NCBI GenBank assembly: GCA_050084515.1 | Contig: CM114271.1 | Span: 25,668,001 to 25,732,000, forward strand | From: Blasia pusilla | Taxonomy: Eukaryota | Reading direction: 5' to 3' | Length of the DNA stretch: 64,000 nt | Part shown: positions 24,911 through 38,045 of the stretch, one piece after another | Numbering within the stretch: position 1 is the first letter of the stretch | Layout: each line of letters starts with the position of its first letter | Position numbers and translations under genes: made by a program | Notes under the pieces: generated by a model | What the model was told of the DNA's origin: nothing | Database searches by the model: none | Seen by the model: the letters and a program-made list of their open reading frames with translations, nothing else

Positions 24911-25326
24911 CGTTGAGTAAAGCCAAATATATTAAACAAAAGTAGGGAAAAAATCAAAAATAGTGAATTTCTGAAAATATCATTCATAGTAAAGTGTGGA
25001 TTGGTATTTTTTCTACTAGTTTCTTCTTTACTTTACAAATGACAACAATAAGAATAGTTTTTTTTTAAATAACTAACCTTAACCTTAAGGTTGAGGGGAT
25101 GATATATATGCACAAGTCATCAGGGAGAGGGCTTGGGGAAATTCCGAGAAAGATAGGGTTTACCCAAAGAGAGAGAACTCCAGTGCTTATTGTTTCTGTA
25201 TTGAACCTCCTTTCATGAGGCAGCAAGACTACAATCCTCCTTCTCGTGTACTAGCAAGATGTCAGCATGGATTTATAAATTTATTATTCATGAGAAAAAG
25301 GAAATTTTATGATTTTTTTCATTTCA

Positions 25327-25625
25327 TTATAAAATCTCTCTATACACTGCATTATATGTGGAGTTCAACTTTTTATTTCCAAGTGTAGTATTTATTGCTT
25401 TCCTATGTCCTACTCTAGATAATGTTACATATAATTGGCGCTGAGAAAAAACAAGAGTAAGTAAATAACTCCCAAATTTTTGTAAAATTTGACCTTGAGA
25501 CTTATTTACAGTCGTGGAAAAAGTAGAACGAATACGGAATTGAACACTACGTAGATCAAAAGGTAAAGCGGAATCAGATGCGATTAATGAAATGCGTAGA
25601 ATAAAAACACGATCTTCTTCCCTCT
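25327..25625 (-). pseudogene. Helitron PIF1-like helicase C-terminal fragment
   Basis: LPFDLRSVQFRIRSTFSTTVNKSQGQ...VFSQRQLYVTLSRV...NAVYREIL. Confidence 0.85.
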
Positions 25626-26371
25626 GATAATTTCCGCAACAATCACATGTTTCATAAATACAAACATGTGGAAGTAGGTTAGATAGCAAGCATGTATTAA
25701 AGGGCTCATTCAGCCGTTATCCGAGACCAATAACTATAAATTGGTAGGTAGGAACAAGGTCCCGGTAGTTTTTTCATGAAAACCAGTAGATTTCCGACCC
25801 ATACAAAACCGAACGGTAAAGTCAGAGACGGATGGACGATAAAGACAATGTATCAGAAACCTTATGAAAACCACAAACCTTCACTGTTCAAAAAAATTCA
25901 GGCGCTGTCATCCAAAAGTGGTCAAATTTGACGATCTCATCTGCTATATTATATTATCCAATTTGACGCTCGAGATATTCTTACATCAATAGTTCTCCAT
26001 TAAACTTGTCACGGAGAATTAGATTTTTAATCCATAGCGTGGAAGGTCCTGGATAACGATAGGAACCTCGGACCATGGAGTCAAATTCTACAAGAGTCGT
26101 GCAAATGTTACCCACTTCTTGTAGGCATGTACAACGCATCCTATACAAAAGTTTCGAGTAAACTGTACAGTTAGAGATTGCTTCGTCTCCGCTATCCACA
26201 ATGAGATATACGGTGAATTCTCAAATATGATCAATATGAGAATAGTACCTCAAAGACCCTTCTCCGAGATATGGACGATGTGATTTCGACAGATTATATT
26301 TTTAGGAACAATGTTGTAACCATGGAAGATGGAGACAGTTACTTGCCTAGGGCCAACTCTTTTGTTCCCAC

Positions 26372-29300
26372 TTACTTGACTCCAGCTTTATCCCTCGCCG
26401 CTTCTTCCTCGGCATTGGTTACACATTCAGATGCAAGGGCACGAACTGCTCTGCGGTCTACCCCTCTGCGTGAATATTCTCGCCATCTCCTGGTCGCTGC
26501 AGCTGTTTTGGCAGCTCTTTCACGGGAATACTTATCTTGAGACAAGAAGTTTAGGACCTCGAGTTAGTATGAATAAAGGTGAGACAGTAAGAGAAGCTAC
26601 CTCGAGTCATCTCTCAGATGAAGAATCCTGACAGAGACTCCGTATGTTTGAGCATATCTTCGACTTCACTTGATGACAGTTATCAAAGCTGGACATATCG
26701 ATTCAGATACGATCTATATTGTGTAAGAAACAGAATTTCTACTTGTCGAGTGGTCAAGAATAGTACCTGCAGCAGATTTACTGCGCTCCTGGTCTGGCGT
26801 AGAGTTCCAGTTCACTTTCCACCACGCTTCCCTCCCAGTTTTGCCACCCTCTTTCATCATTCTTACTCGAGCTTGATCCTGAGTTTACGAAATCCTCCGT
26901 CAACCAGACAATTATTCTTTTGCCATATCTACGCTCTTTCGAATTGAAGACATACCATAGATGTATGTGGGCAAAACTTTTCAAATTCTGAACTCTCGCT
27001 CTTCTTGGAACAGTGGCGTCTCTTCTGGACTTGATAGAGCGCAGATGAAATATTTTTTCAGGAGTATAGCGGTGTTGAGCTGGGGAAACAGTACTCTGGG
27101 ATAACTTACCAAAGCCCTGGCCTGACGCTTGTCCCATCTCATGCTCGCCTGTGATGAGAATGAACAGCTTGTTTAGTACACCAGGGTATTCCATCTGAAC
27201 ACCAGTACTAAGCTGCAGCAACAATAAACCTCGAAGGAAACTAAAATGGGTGAAACTTTGACTGTCGTACCTGCGCGAAGACATCTGGAGATTGATACCC
27301 CATGCCCGAAAGCATCAAACCCACCTGATTGGAATAAGGGGAAAACAAGCGTCAAGATTTATCTTAAGCTGACAGGGCGTTACAACTGATACGCAGCTAA
27401 GGAATCCAGAAAGAAAGAGTGACGGAGATATCAAAGATAAAGAATAACCGTATCGACCGAACAGCACATTTGGACCACTTCACTGGTATCGGACTGATGA
27501 CAGATCTACGATGTACTTCTAGTAACAACTCTGCAGCAGCTCGCCTTCAGATTATTTGTGAAAGAATGGTAAGGGTTCAAGAGAATTCACATTGACGCGC
27601 TCCATCCTTCGCATTTCATCTTCTAAAAGAGCGAGCTGTGGAGAAGATATCCAATGTATACAATCTACAGGGCTGCAGTACAAAGAGGACATGTCAAGCT
27701 CAGAAAAGAGAGTCAGCAAAATCTGATTGCTTACACTTGACACGCGAGATGTGAAGGAAAAAGCGTTTCAAATCACAAGTTCAGTTGAATTCACTTCATA
27801 TCATGATAAGAAACACACGGCCAACTACAAAGATCAATAATTGTCTGTTTTCCTGATCGTCAAATATGTAGACACGCACCACTGAACATGAAGGAATGTT
27901 TCTCCAAAGCTGTGCACTTACAACAGCAGTGCAAGACTTGGCAGGTTTCTCTAAAGGAAATGCTCCTGCTCTTGTACAGATTTGTCATCGAGGTAAGAAT
28001 TCGGGGTTTTTTCAGAGTGGAACCATGTCATCAGAAGAAGGGAGGCTATAGATGTCTTACCATGTTTCAATAGCTACCTGCACAAGGCGTTGATTCCCAC
28101 ATTGATTATGAACTCTTGCCCGACCATATTCATCTTCAATCTCAAACGTATCTGGCGCCGTGTTTCCACAGTTCTTGCACCCTACTCGACCATTTAAGGG
28201 GCAATTAGCGGAATAGACAACAGAGCCCTCCTAGAAGGGAATTGATTTCCACAAAAACCATTTCCATGTCGTCACACCTCAAGACCACGCAAGGACAATC
28301 CAAAACCATTTCGATCTCTGACAAACAGATGCGAATCGAGCACTTGCCGAACCGAATCTATGAAGTAGCTGTATACCTATGCAAGTAAATTCGTCGACAA
28401 ATGCGTGATCTCGTTCAGCATCAATATCTTTGAAAGGATTAATAGCTGTAAGTGTGTAGCCGTTGATTTCGTCATAAACAAGACGCTGTTCTGGATCACT
28501 TAAGACCTGCACAGTGCGTACCAAAACATTTAGTGGGGAGTTCGGTTCAAATGTAGCTAATGCATAATTATCAGAGAAACCAGACGAGAAGAGCTTTTAG
28601 AGACGAGACGAGGAGACAAGGATGACAGCCTTAGAATATTGGTATTTGCTGTAAATGGAAAAGGCCTACGCAAATTTGTTCCTCGTACCTCGTATACTTC
28701 ATTAATGAACATACAAAAGTTGCTCACGGCGGGATCATTTCCACTCAGGTCGGGATGGCAGGTTTTCATGCAACAGTAGTATGCTTTTTTTATCTCTTCC
28801 GGTGTAGCATCAGGCGTCTGTCAACCACGAAACAATTTTTACATTCAGTCGGAAGAGTATGAGCTCATCAAGGGGTGAAAAAAAGAGTCATGGCATTCCA
28901 ACAAAAGACACAGATAATTAAGATATCAATGATGTCAACCGCAGATTCCCTCAGATAAATTCTCGTTTGTAGTTTGATCCTGAACATTGCAAAAACTTCT
29001 TAACTTCGTTACTGTCCCACTCAAATTTTGAGTCAGACATTAAGAAAATTCGCCAGCGGATGCTTAAATTCACGCTGTCAGGGCTTGAAAGGCTGGAGTC
29101 TTGAAATTTTCTTAACAGATTGCAACTTCTGACGCTTGCCATGCACGCTACCATCTTTAAGTCAACTGAAGAAGGGAGCCTCATACAAATATATTTGCAA
29201 TCGCAGAGGACTTTCAGGTTCTCTCTAGAGGTTTCAGGAAAGAAACTGACAAGTAGATTATGACACCTGGTTGGAGAAGAGCTTCAAAGCTTCACTAGCA

Positions 29301-30186
29301 AAGGCGTACGCCACACTGGTTGGAGTAAGGACTGCAGAACATACAACAGATGACATTGAACTGATCACAAATTCTCCGATAATTGATTTGTTATCAACAA
29401 AAGGAAAGAAGCCCAGCGTATTTATCTTGGAGATTCGTAATTTTATATTCTTTCCGACGGACAAGCACAGTTATTAAACGGAGAAATTACGATCGGGGGA
29501 GCCACAAGTGAACAGATGCTTCATCACACTGTAGGAAAAAAATAGCAAGTGACTAATCCTGAAAGAATATCGTCGACTAAACTGTGCGCCACAGGGGCAT
29601 CCAAATACGATCAACCTAAGGATAGATAAAAGGATTCTAAAAGCCTAAGAGAATGACAGGTGTTTTTGCACAACAGCTCCAAAACCCATGCAAACACAAT
29701 AGGACGTCCCTGAGTATGAGGGAGTATGCATACCAAACCGAGAACAGAATAGAAGTCTTCCGCGATCGTTTCACCGTAGAGATCGACATCACCATCTCCA
29801 CGTAACTTTGCCCTCAATTTCGTACAACGTGACGTAATTATCCTCGTAGACTTTGAGCCGTACAACCGGCAGAGGGATAACTCGCTAAATTCATGTTCCT
29901 TTTCTATAGGACACCTCAAATTCTTCAATCCCTGACGTTTAAGTGAGTCAAAATGATAATAAGTGCAACCAAAGGAGGGGATACAATTCACTACTCTTTC
30001 AATTCCCTCTCCCAGAACGTTTCGATGACCTGGACTAAAACTTGCTCTTGTGGATCCTCTGAGTTCACAGAAGTTCAAAACTACATTCGAGCCCATCATC
30101 TCCGAATCAATTATTCCGCGACGCTTAGGCAGGTGTGTCACGACGAATCTGCAGTAAGACGGAAGCACGAAGTGCGCAGCTGACAT
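26372..30186 (-). CDS. Chloroplast DnaJ + 4Fe-4S ferredoxin domain protein (DJC76/CDJ3-type), ~427 aa. Exons: 30186-29734, 28817-28689, 28506-28377, 28181-28061, 27672-27591, 27324-27271, 27148-27110, 26878-26767, 26535-26372
   Basis: All introns are GT-AG with consistent phases. J domain: EDFYSVLGL/TPDAT...IKKAYY..MKTCHPDLSG. Ferredoxin: FVDEFTCIGCKNC...AIETCPVDCIHW. Conserved C-terminal RRWREYSRRGVD. Transit-peptide-like N-terminus. An AG acceptor 4 nt before the ATG suggests a 5'UTR intron. Confidence 0.93.
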
Positions 30187-32921
30187 CGTCCTGAGGACCA
30201 AAGATGAGATCTAGTGGGGTTTCGACGGAATATGAGACTGTGTGACCACCAATGTTCCAACTTGAACCTTGAGCTCCCCAACCTGGAAATAGTTCTACTG
30301 CAACCAGAGGGTTGTCTCGTTCCGTCTTTAGAATTTCTACACCAGATTTCCAGTGAAGCGCCTCAAAGAGAAGCAACGGGCATTCAACTCTAAAAATACC
30401 GTCTGGCAGCAACTTTCAATTTGGGCTACTTGACAAAGACACTGAATGTCGAAGCCTCGCAATGCAAAGAAATTCATGTGAACTCTCAAATCCTCTGTGA
30501 AACGGAATGTATAGAGCAAGGTGCAGAAGGTGCACAGCGCGCTGAATCTTCCGTAAAATCTTTCCCCTCCCTGAAATTTTGGTCGATATGTTGCTAAGGT
30601 GTACCACTCCTACGTGGTGGCACACCCCCGGATCGCGACGTACGACTCAGGGCGAGCTCTAGCGTTCTCACTATGCGTTGACGGGGCGAACTGAAAAGAT
30701 ACTGGATCCTAAGAAAACAACTCTCGCAATTCACAATTGACAAAGTCGGCAATTCCTGAAGTGTTGATGGACAGATTTCAGGTAGAGATGTCACAGTTGA
30801 AACCTGCGATGACAGGTCTTCCAGGCTTCATGGAGAGCAAGATATTCATGAGAAGCGAAGCTGGTCGCAGCTATTCCACTAGAGCACACAAGCTCTAGAA
30901 GTCACCCTCTGGAAGTCGCCAGATTCTAGAATCCTATTCCCAGTATCCCGGTAAGCGTTACCCTTCCAACTTTTCGCCAGCTTTTCAGTACTTCAACCCG
31001 CACTTTCGTTTGCGGGCGGTAAAACGCGACGAAATCCCATGACGCAATTCCATTAGTCCAACTAAACACCATTCAACCTCTCCGCTCCACCAATGAACAC
31101 CCTACATTCGCTGTTAGCACCAGGAACACCACGCTGCTCTCCAACTACCACATACGTAGATGCGGCTGCAACTCCGTAACTACTGTTTCCACGTGCGTTC
31201 TCGGACCAATCCCGGAAGCAAGTGAAGTTCCTGCTGCGGAACAGATTCATCGGTCGCGTCACAACACAAGTAATCCCCCGCCTCTTTTGCGCCTCTGTTT
31301 GTGTGGCTCCTGAAGCATCGCAGCAGATAGGCTCGGCTCTCGCTCAGGGAAAGGAGAGGAAAAGATCTTGCACCCGCGCGCGGCCCGCGCTCTCCACTCC
31401 GCGCCTGCGGGAAATGAAGCGGGGTTGCTCGCTAAGTAAGCGGACTTCAACCCTCCTCCATTACACCTTCTCCGCGATTTATCGAACGGCATTGCCCACC
31501 TTCTCCGGCTCCGCGCATGTGGGAGTATAGCGGGCCTTCACTAAATAAGCGGTCTTTCGAAGTTCTCCGCGATTGAGCGAATGGCGCGCGGCGCTTTCAA
31601 CTGCGAGAGAAGGGTTGGTTAGTTAACCACGGCGCTCGTAAGTACGAATGGTTTAAAATTAACCGGTCCTAAAATCACATCATATCAAGTTCAAGTGTTC
31701 TTCTTATCTTTAATTATATTATTTTGGGAGAGTGTTTTTTTATTTGCAAATATTTTTATATGATAACAAGAAAAATTTTTTTCCTTATACGGGATAACAA
31801 GAAAAAAAAATTGTATTAACAAATCTTTTCATTCCCCTATATGGCACGAGTTGCCCACTAGTACAAATATCTGCGGTATCCCGATCACCCAAGATTAAAG
31901 GCAGAAAATTTCAATTATATATCATGATCAACATTTTAATTATGAAAAATGGTTTTTTATTTTTTATTTAAAAAAATTGATCAATTATGATTTAAATTAA
32001 TTTTTAATGATCTAATGTATCAATTGATGATTTAAATCGAGAAATTCTATTGGTTGAGAATATCATGTGTCAAAAAGAGATGTAATTGAAAATAAAAAGG
32101 TTTTCTCAACAAGAAAATAGATTCTCAATCTCTTATCAAATGATTTTATAATATTCTAACAATATCATGAAAAGAGAAAGAAAGGTATGAATGGCAATCA
32201 TCATCCAACTTTTAAAAGAATTAGATAGTTTCTTAGAGAGTGGAGTGCGAATATAAATCCAAGGGGATTCTTTACAAGGTTTCCTAACTAAACTAAACAG
32301 AGAATGGATAGCAAAAGCCCTTGAATTATTAAGTTTTACTAGGGGGACGTAGTAAAGTAGACTCAATTTTTGTATGTGTGATCACATATGGAGAAGTTAC
32401 TTTGCACTTGAATTGTTCAAAGCATGGATGTGGAGTTTGCATATTGTCCAATTTAGAATTTGGTAGTGAATTAAGTTAATAAGGTGCCATGAGAATCAAA
32501 TTGCAACTAAAGGAGTTGTTAGGCAAGGCTCATTAAGCTTTTGATGCGCTTGGATATTTATGATAGGCTGAAATGGGAAGCAATTACCTTGCATCAAATG
32601 TGAATGATTGCACTTGGTCTCTTATTCTAGTTATGAGAAGATATGAAAATTACTCATGGTAATTGTAAAGGATAGAAATTAAACTTCCAAAAGAGTGAAT
32701 ACAAGTTATTGCTAATAAATTCAGGATAATCAAACGTAACTTCAATAAAACACGAGAAGACGTGTGCTAAGTTGATCGTAAATTTAAAAATACACGTGAG
32801 TTGAAGTGTAGAAGTAAATTATCTCTTTGAAAAGTTGATTATATCATTGGGACTCACTTTCATATTTTCTAGCATAAGAATATTAGAATATTCCAATAGC
32901 AAATTTCACACAATAGATATT

Positions 32922-33670
32922 TGTCGTGCGCATACATATCGCTACACAACATACATCTACACCACACAACACCGATCTTCCCCACACACGGGTCGATCCA
33001 CACATGTACAAAAATCAACTCATACATATACATGGAGATCACACAACCCGGTAATAAAGAGTAGTAAAAACGGCACACCCGGCCTAAAACTCCACTCCTC
33101 AATCTACATCGGCATATCGAGCCTCGTCCACCCTATGCTATCAAGGAATCCGGAAGCTAGCACCCTAGTCCTAGCTCACACACATACAAAGGAGGTGCTC
33201 CAACGGCCCAACATGAGAAAGATGGTTTAGGAAAGCCATCTTCCTCTCTTATATAGGGTTGGGAAGGGCCAAAAGGCTCTTCCCCTAAAAATAGCCCTTC
33301 CCTTGGTAACCTGTGCGCACAGGTTACCAGGGGCGGGTGACCTGGTCAACAAGTCACTCGGATGTAAAAGACCTCAACATGAAAATTGTCAGAAACGACG
33401 TTCCTGACACAATGGACCTATCCTCAACCTCATCCGACACCGTGGGACAAATTTACACTCAAGATAGTCCGCTGGCTCCTACGCCCTATCCACGATAGAC
33501 CTCGGCCTATCAGCTACTCAGATGTGACAGCTGTTGTGCGCATACATATCGCTACACAACATACATCACTGATCACATCTACACCACACAACACCGATCT
33601 TCCCCACACACGGGTCGATCCACACATGCACAAAAATCAACTCATACATATATATGGAGATCACACAACC
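32922..33670 (-). repeat. E3 3' end B1-gc-A2-(4 nt filler)-B2
   Basis: B copies match apart from a ~12-nt indel and a few substitutions; A2 matches 42134-42608. Confidence 0.93.
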
Positions 33671-36600
33671 GCCCCCCTAGCTGGCAGTTGGATCCTCCCA
33701 ACTCCAGATAGAAAATATCACATCTCTCTAACATGACCTACTACCCTATACACATCTCGGACACATCCATCGTTCCGTGGGAACCATATCAAGAGGGGGG
33801 TCAGACATGATATATGCCACCCTTGAGAACAACCATCACATACCAACATGGTGGTTGGACCCCTCGCAGATCCGCACAACATACACCTCAAGCTTGCACG
33901 TACCACTACCAAGCTCGGATCCACCGTCCCATCTACGTTCGGAAGATGACATGGCGCACAATTGCGCACATGATCCTTCCAAACCATACCATCCCGTCCC
34001 TCCAACATGAGGACTCCGGTCGGTAATACCTCGCGCACACGTAGGATCGCGGCGCCTGCAGCGATGACATCTAGCGTCGTGGGTGCCGCTGCTTTGTAAA
34101 TACACGTAATCTCCAGGATGAAACCTCCTAATCCCTGGACGATAACCTCCTCCACGAATGGTCGCGTACCTCAATGTATCTCTATGCTGGGCAATAGCTA
34201 AGTTTTCAAAGGCCATAGGCATAACTCTACGAAAAACTTCTGCCCTCTGAGAACATGCTTGCACCCACACATCTGGATCATCAAGATCAAACACCTCCGC
34301 CATGACACGTCGAATCGCTGCAGGTAAATTTGGCTCTCTCCCAAAGAGCAAAAAGTATGGTGAAAATGACGCCAAGGATGCCTGCCGACTAAAGCGATAA
34401 CCCATAGCCAACCATGGCAACTATAGGTCCCACTCCCTCAACTGTCCCCGCTGCAAGCCATACTTGCGCAATCCTCTCTTCACCGTCTGTACCACTCTCT
34501 CCGCCAACCCATCCGCCTCAGGATGATCTTTGGACGTGGTGCGGTGATCTATCAGCTCCTGATCACACAAGGCCTAAAAACTCTCCCCTGAACTCGGTAC
34601 CCTGGTCAGTCAACACCTCCGCTGGTGCACCAAAGTAACTAAGCACACGATCTAGAAACGCATAAGTTGTTCCCTCGCTCGCCTTGTCTAGTAGTGCCAC
34701 CAACTCTATCCACTTGGAGAAATACTCCACCATGACCAACACGTACCTATGATGACGCCCTGTCAATGGCAAAGGTGCCGCAAAGTCTAAACTCCACCGA
34801 TAACCTAAACCCATAATCGGCAAATGATGTAACTGCGGAGTGGGAGCATTGAAGTATGCTGGCACTCTGTCACATACCATACATCTGGCCACAAACTGCT
34901 GTACCCCAGTATGCATGCCGCGCCACCAATACTGGAGTAAGCTGTAAGTACGCTTTACTTCGAAATGTCCCAACTCCTCATGGGCATGTCGCACTACACG
35001 TGCTCGCTGGGAAGGATGAGGTACCACTCGTATCCTACCATCTCCCCATACCCGCAAAATGTGAGTCCCCTCCCACTTGAACCTCTTGGCTCTCTGTAGG
35101 ATCCGATCCCGCTCCCTAGCACTCACTGTACTCGCAATGACGCCAATGCGCAAGAACTCCACAACCTCCACGTCGTCATGGATATCACGACCACCTGTCG
35201 CCTCCTCACTAACCTCCAGATCCAACCCCACCACTGGAGTCATCACCTCTGGCTGACCTGCCATAGTCAACCAACAAAGATAGGCAGATGCATGCCAAGC
35301 GGGCACCATCTCCTCATCACTCTCTCCGTGCCATCGAGCTCCTCTGTCGTCTCTCTGACTCAGACATGGGTTACGACTCAACCCATCCGCATCCTGGTTC
35401 AGCCGACCTGGCCTATGAACCACCTCAAACTCATACTCCTGTAGTAATAGAGCCCACCTGGCAAGCTTTCCCGCAAGCTTGTCGGACTCCATCAACCACC
35501 TCAACGGTTGATGATCAGTGATAAGTGTGAAAGGGTTGCCGAATAAATAGCACCTAAAATGTGCCACGGCCCACACTGCAACAAAGCACTCTCCCTCGTA
35601 GGAGCTGTACTTTGCCTCTGCAATGTTGTTCGATCGGCTCGCGTAAGCCACAAAAAACTCCCTCTGAGTAAGCACTGCACCTAGACCCAACATGCTCCAA
35701 TCCGTATGTAACTGGAATGGACGACCCCTAACCGGTCTCTGTAAAATGGGTGAGGACATCAACCTGTCCTTGAGCTCTTGAAATGCTCGCTCTTGATCAT
35801 CTCCCCACAACCAAACCTGATCAAGTCTCGTCAACAAGGTCAAAGACTTTGCGATCGCACTAAAACCCTTGACATACCGTCGATAGAAGTTCGCCAGTCC
35901 AAGAAATGCTCGGACTCGACTCACATCTGTAGGGCATGGAATCTGTGCAATAGCCTCTACCTTCGTCTACTGAATGCCTAACCCACTCGGGTATATGGTG
36001 TGTCCCAAGTACTCAATCTGCTCCTAAAAGAATCTGCACTTGCCTGGATGTAACTTCAGTCCATATAACTGCAATCGCCGAAAGACCTCCTCCAAGTGTC
36101 GCTCATGCTCCTCAAACGTGGAACTGAAGATAAGAATATCATCTATGTAACATCGTACAAAATCCAAGCCAGCAAGAATCCTATCCATCACTCTCTGAAA
36201 CTCTACAGGCGCGTTCTTCAACCCAAATGGTAAGAACCGCCACTGATACAAGCAATCTCTCCCAAACCGATCTATCCCCGAGAATGTTGTCTTCTCCCTG
36301 TCCTCCAACCTGATAGGAAGTTGATGATAGCTAGCACGGAGATCTAAAGTAGTGAAGATCTTTGCATGCCCTACTGCATCAAAGATCTCCTCAGGAGTAG
36401 GCATGGCGTACCGATCTGACCTCGTCTGTCGGTTGATAGGACGGTCATCTCCACACATCCGCCTATCCGTCCAATTGCCATACATATCCTTCTTCGCCGG
36501 CATGATTGTGGCAGATGCATACTCCCCATGTGATAACTCCACAAGTCCTGCCTCCAACAAGTCTTGACTCCTGCTCTGAATCAAGGCTCGCTCCATATCA

Positions 36601-37114
36601 GAATACCTGTAGGGTCGACGAAAGATCGGCGTATCACTAGCCAACTCAATCCGTATCCCGAGACCCTTCAGCGTACCCAAGTCTCTCATACTGAAGGAAA
36701 AACAACTGACATGCCCTCTCAGAAACCTATGAACTCACCGTCGCTCTCCTCCTATCAACTTGAGACCTATCACAGGCTCCCAAGTCTCCATCGTGACCTC
36801 ACTCGGAGAGGATGCAACCTCCGGCTTTGGTTGCTATGTAGCAACCCTAGCCACCTCCGCAACAGCCACTCCACTCTAACCACCTACACCATGCTCCACA
36901 TCCAAAAAATGAACATGTGCTACTCTAGCCGCCTTCGCACTCTCTACTCGAACGACGTCCCAGGAAGTCCATGGGTGCATATCTCTCCTCGTCTCGCCCC
37001 CAGCCAATGCCTGTATAGACCCTGTAGGCAATGGTCCAACTCGTGGACGTGACGGCATGGATGACACTTGCATCCATCTCGCTCAGCCCATACCTAGGTG
37101 ACTATCCATGTGAG

Positions 37115-38045
37115 ACGATCGAGGTCCATTTCCGCCCCTAACACTGTCTCCGTGATGCCTCGGTCATCCCTGGCACCGCCGTAGTACCGAGTAGTGAACC
37201 CCATGGCGGCCTCGCGCCATCATCTGAGGCTCCTCCAATGCTCCGGTCACCTCATCCCAAATCATGCTTGGCCCTCCTCGATGAAAGGCATGGGATCTTT
37301 GGGAAGCTCACCAACGAGGTAAGGTTGCCCTCAACTCCCCACCCTATTGGCCATGGCTAACGGTGGTCTATCATCCCGTGTCACCACCTGAGATCGACGC
37401 CCTGAGCCCAAAATAGCATCCACTATGAGATGTGGTGCTCTCTGGACTCCACCGTAAGCTCGACTCAGTACCTCTGATGGTATCAGGTTCGTCCACCACA
37501 GTCATGGACGATGGGCACGTGACCCAACTCTTGCTACATCTAACAACACAGCAAGTCCCAACCAGGACCTCACCTAATGTACACTCGTCATCACACGTGC
37601 ACGAGTGTCTCCCAACAATGGCACGTTCTCCAAAATGTACGCTGGAGAACATATCTGACTCTCCTGCAAGTGTCGTAATACTCGCAGCATCTCCCAAAAT
37701 ATCCCTAACCTCAGATCCTACAATCCAAATCCTCGGCCAGCTGATGAATGACCCTGACATGGCCATCCAACAATCACCAAATGAATGGTGCCAACTCTAT
37801 CTAAATCCTGCGCCCCCACCAAAGAGATGTCGGCGGGTAGCGTATGTTGGTATCCCCGTACTGCAGATACCGACAACAATTCAGGATACCTCTGGACCAA
37901 TCTCGCCGTGTGACGTAATGATACTTGCCCCGCGGTCTCATCTCTCTCCACATAAAGGTACTGATGCACCCGTATGCCCGCCTGCAATAGTGCAGCCAAT
38001 CCGGTGCTAATCCCTTTGAAGAGATCTAACACCCTAACACCCTCC
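37115..38045 (-). pseudogene. E3 DNMT3-like methyltransferase domain, in the same frame as the protease
   Basis: VRVLDLFKGISTGLAALLQAG, YLYVERD, LVIVGWPCQGHS. ORFs 38857-38417 (PR) and 38410-37718 share a frame and are separated by one stop. Confidence 0.92.

Noticed and set aside
30200-31530. Short ORFs upstream of the DnaJ-ferredoxin gene
   Set aside because: Probably 5'UTR intron and promoter sequence; no domain similarity seen
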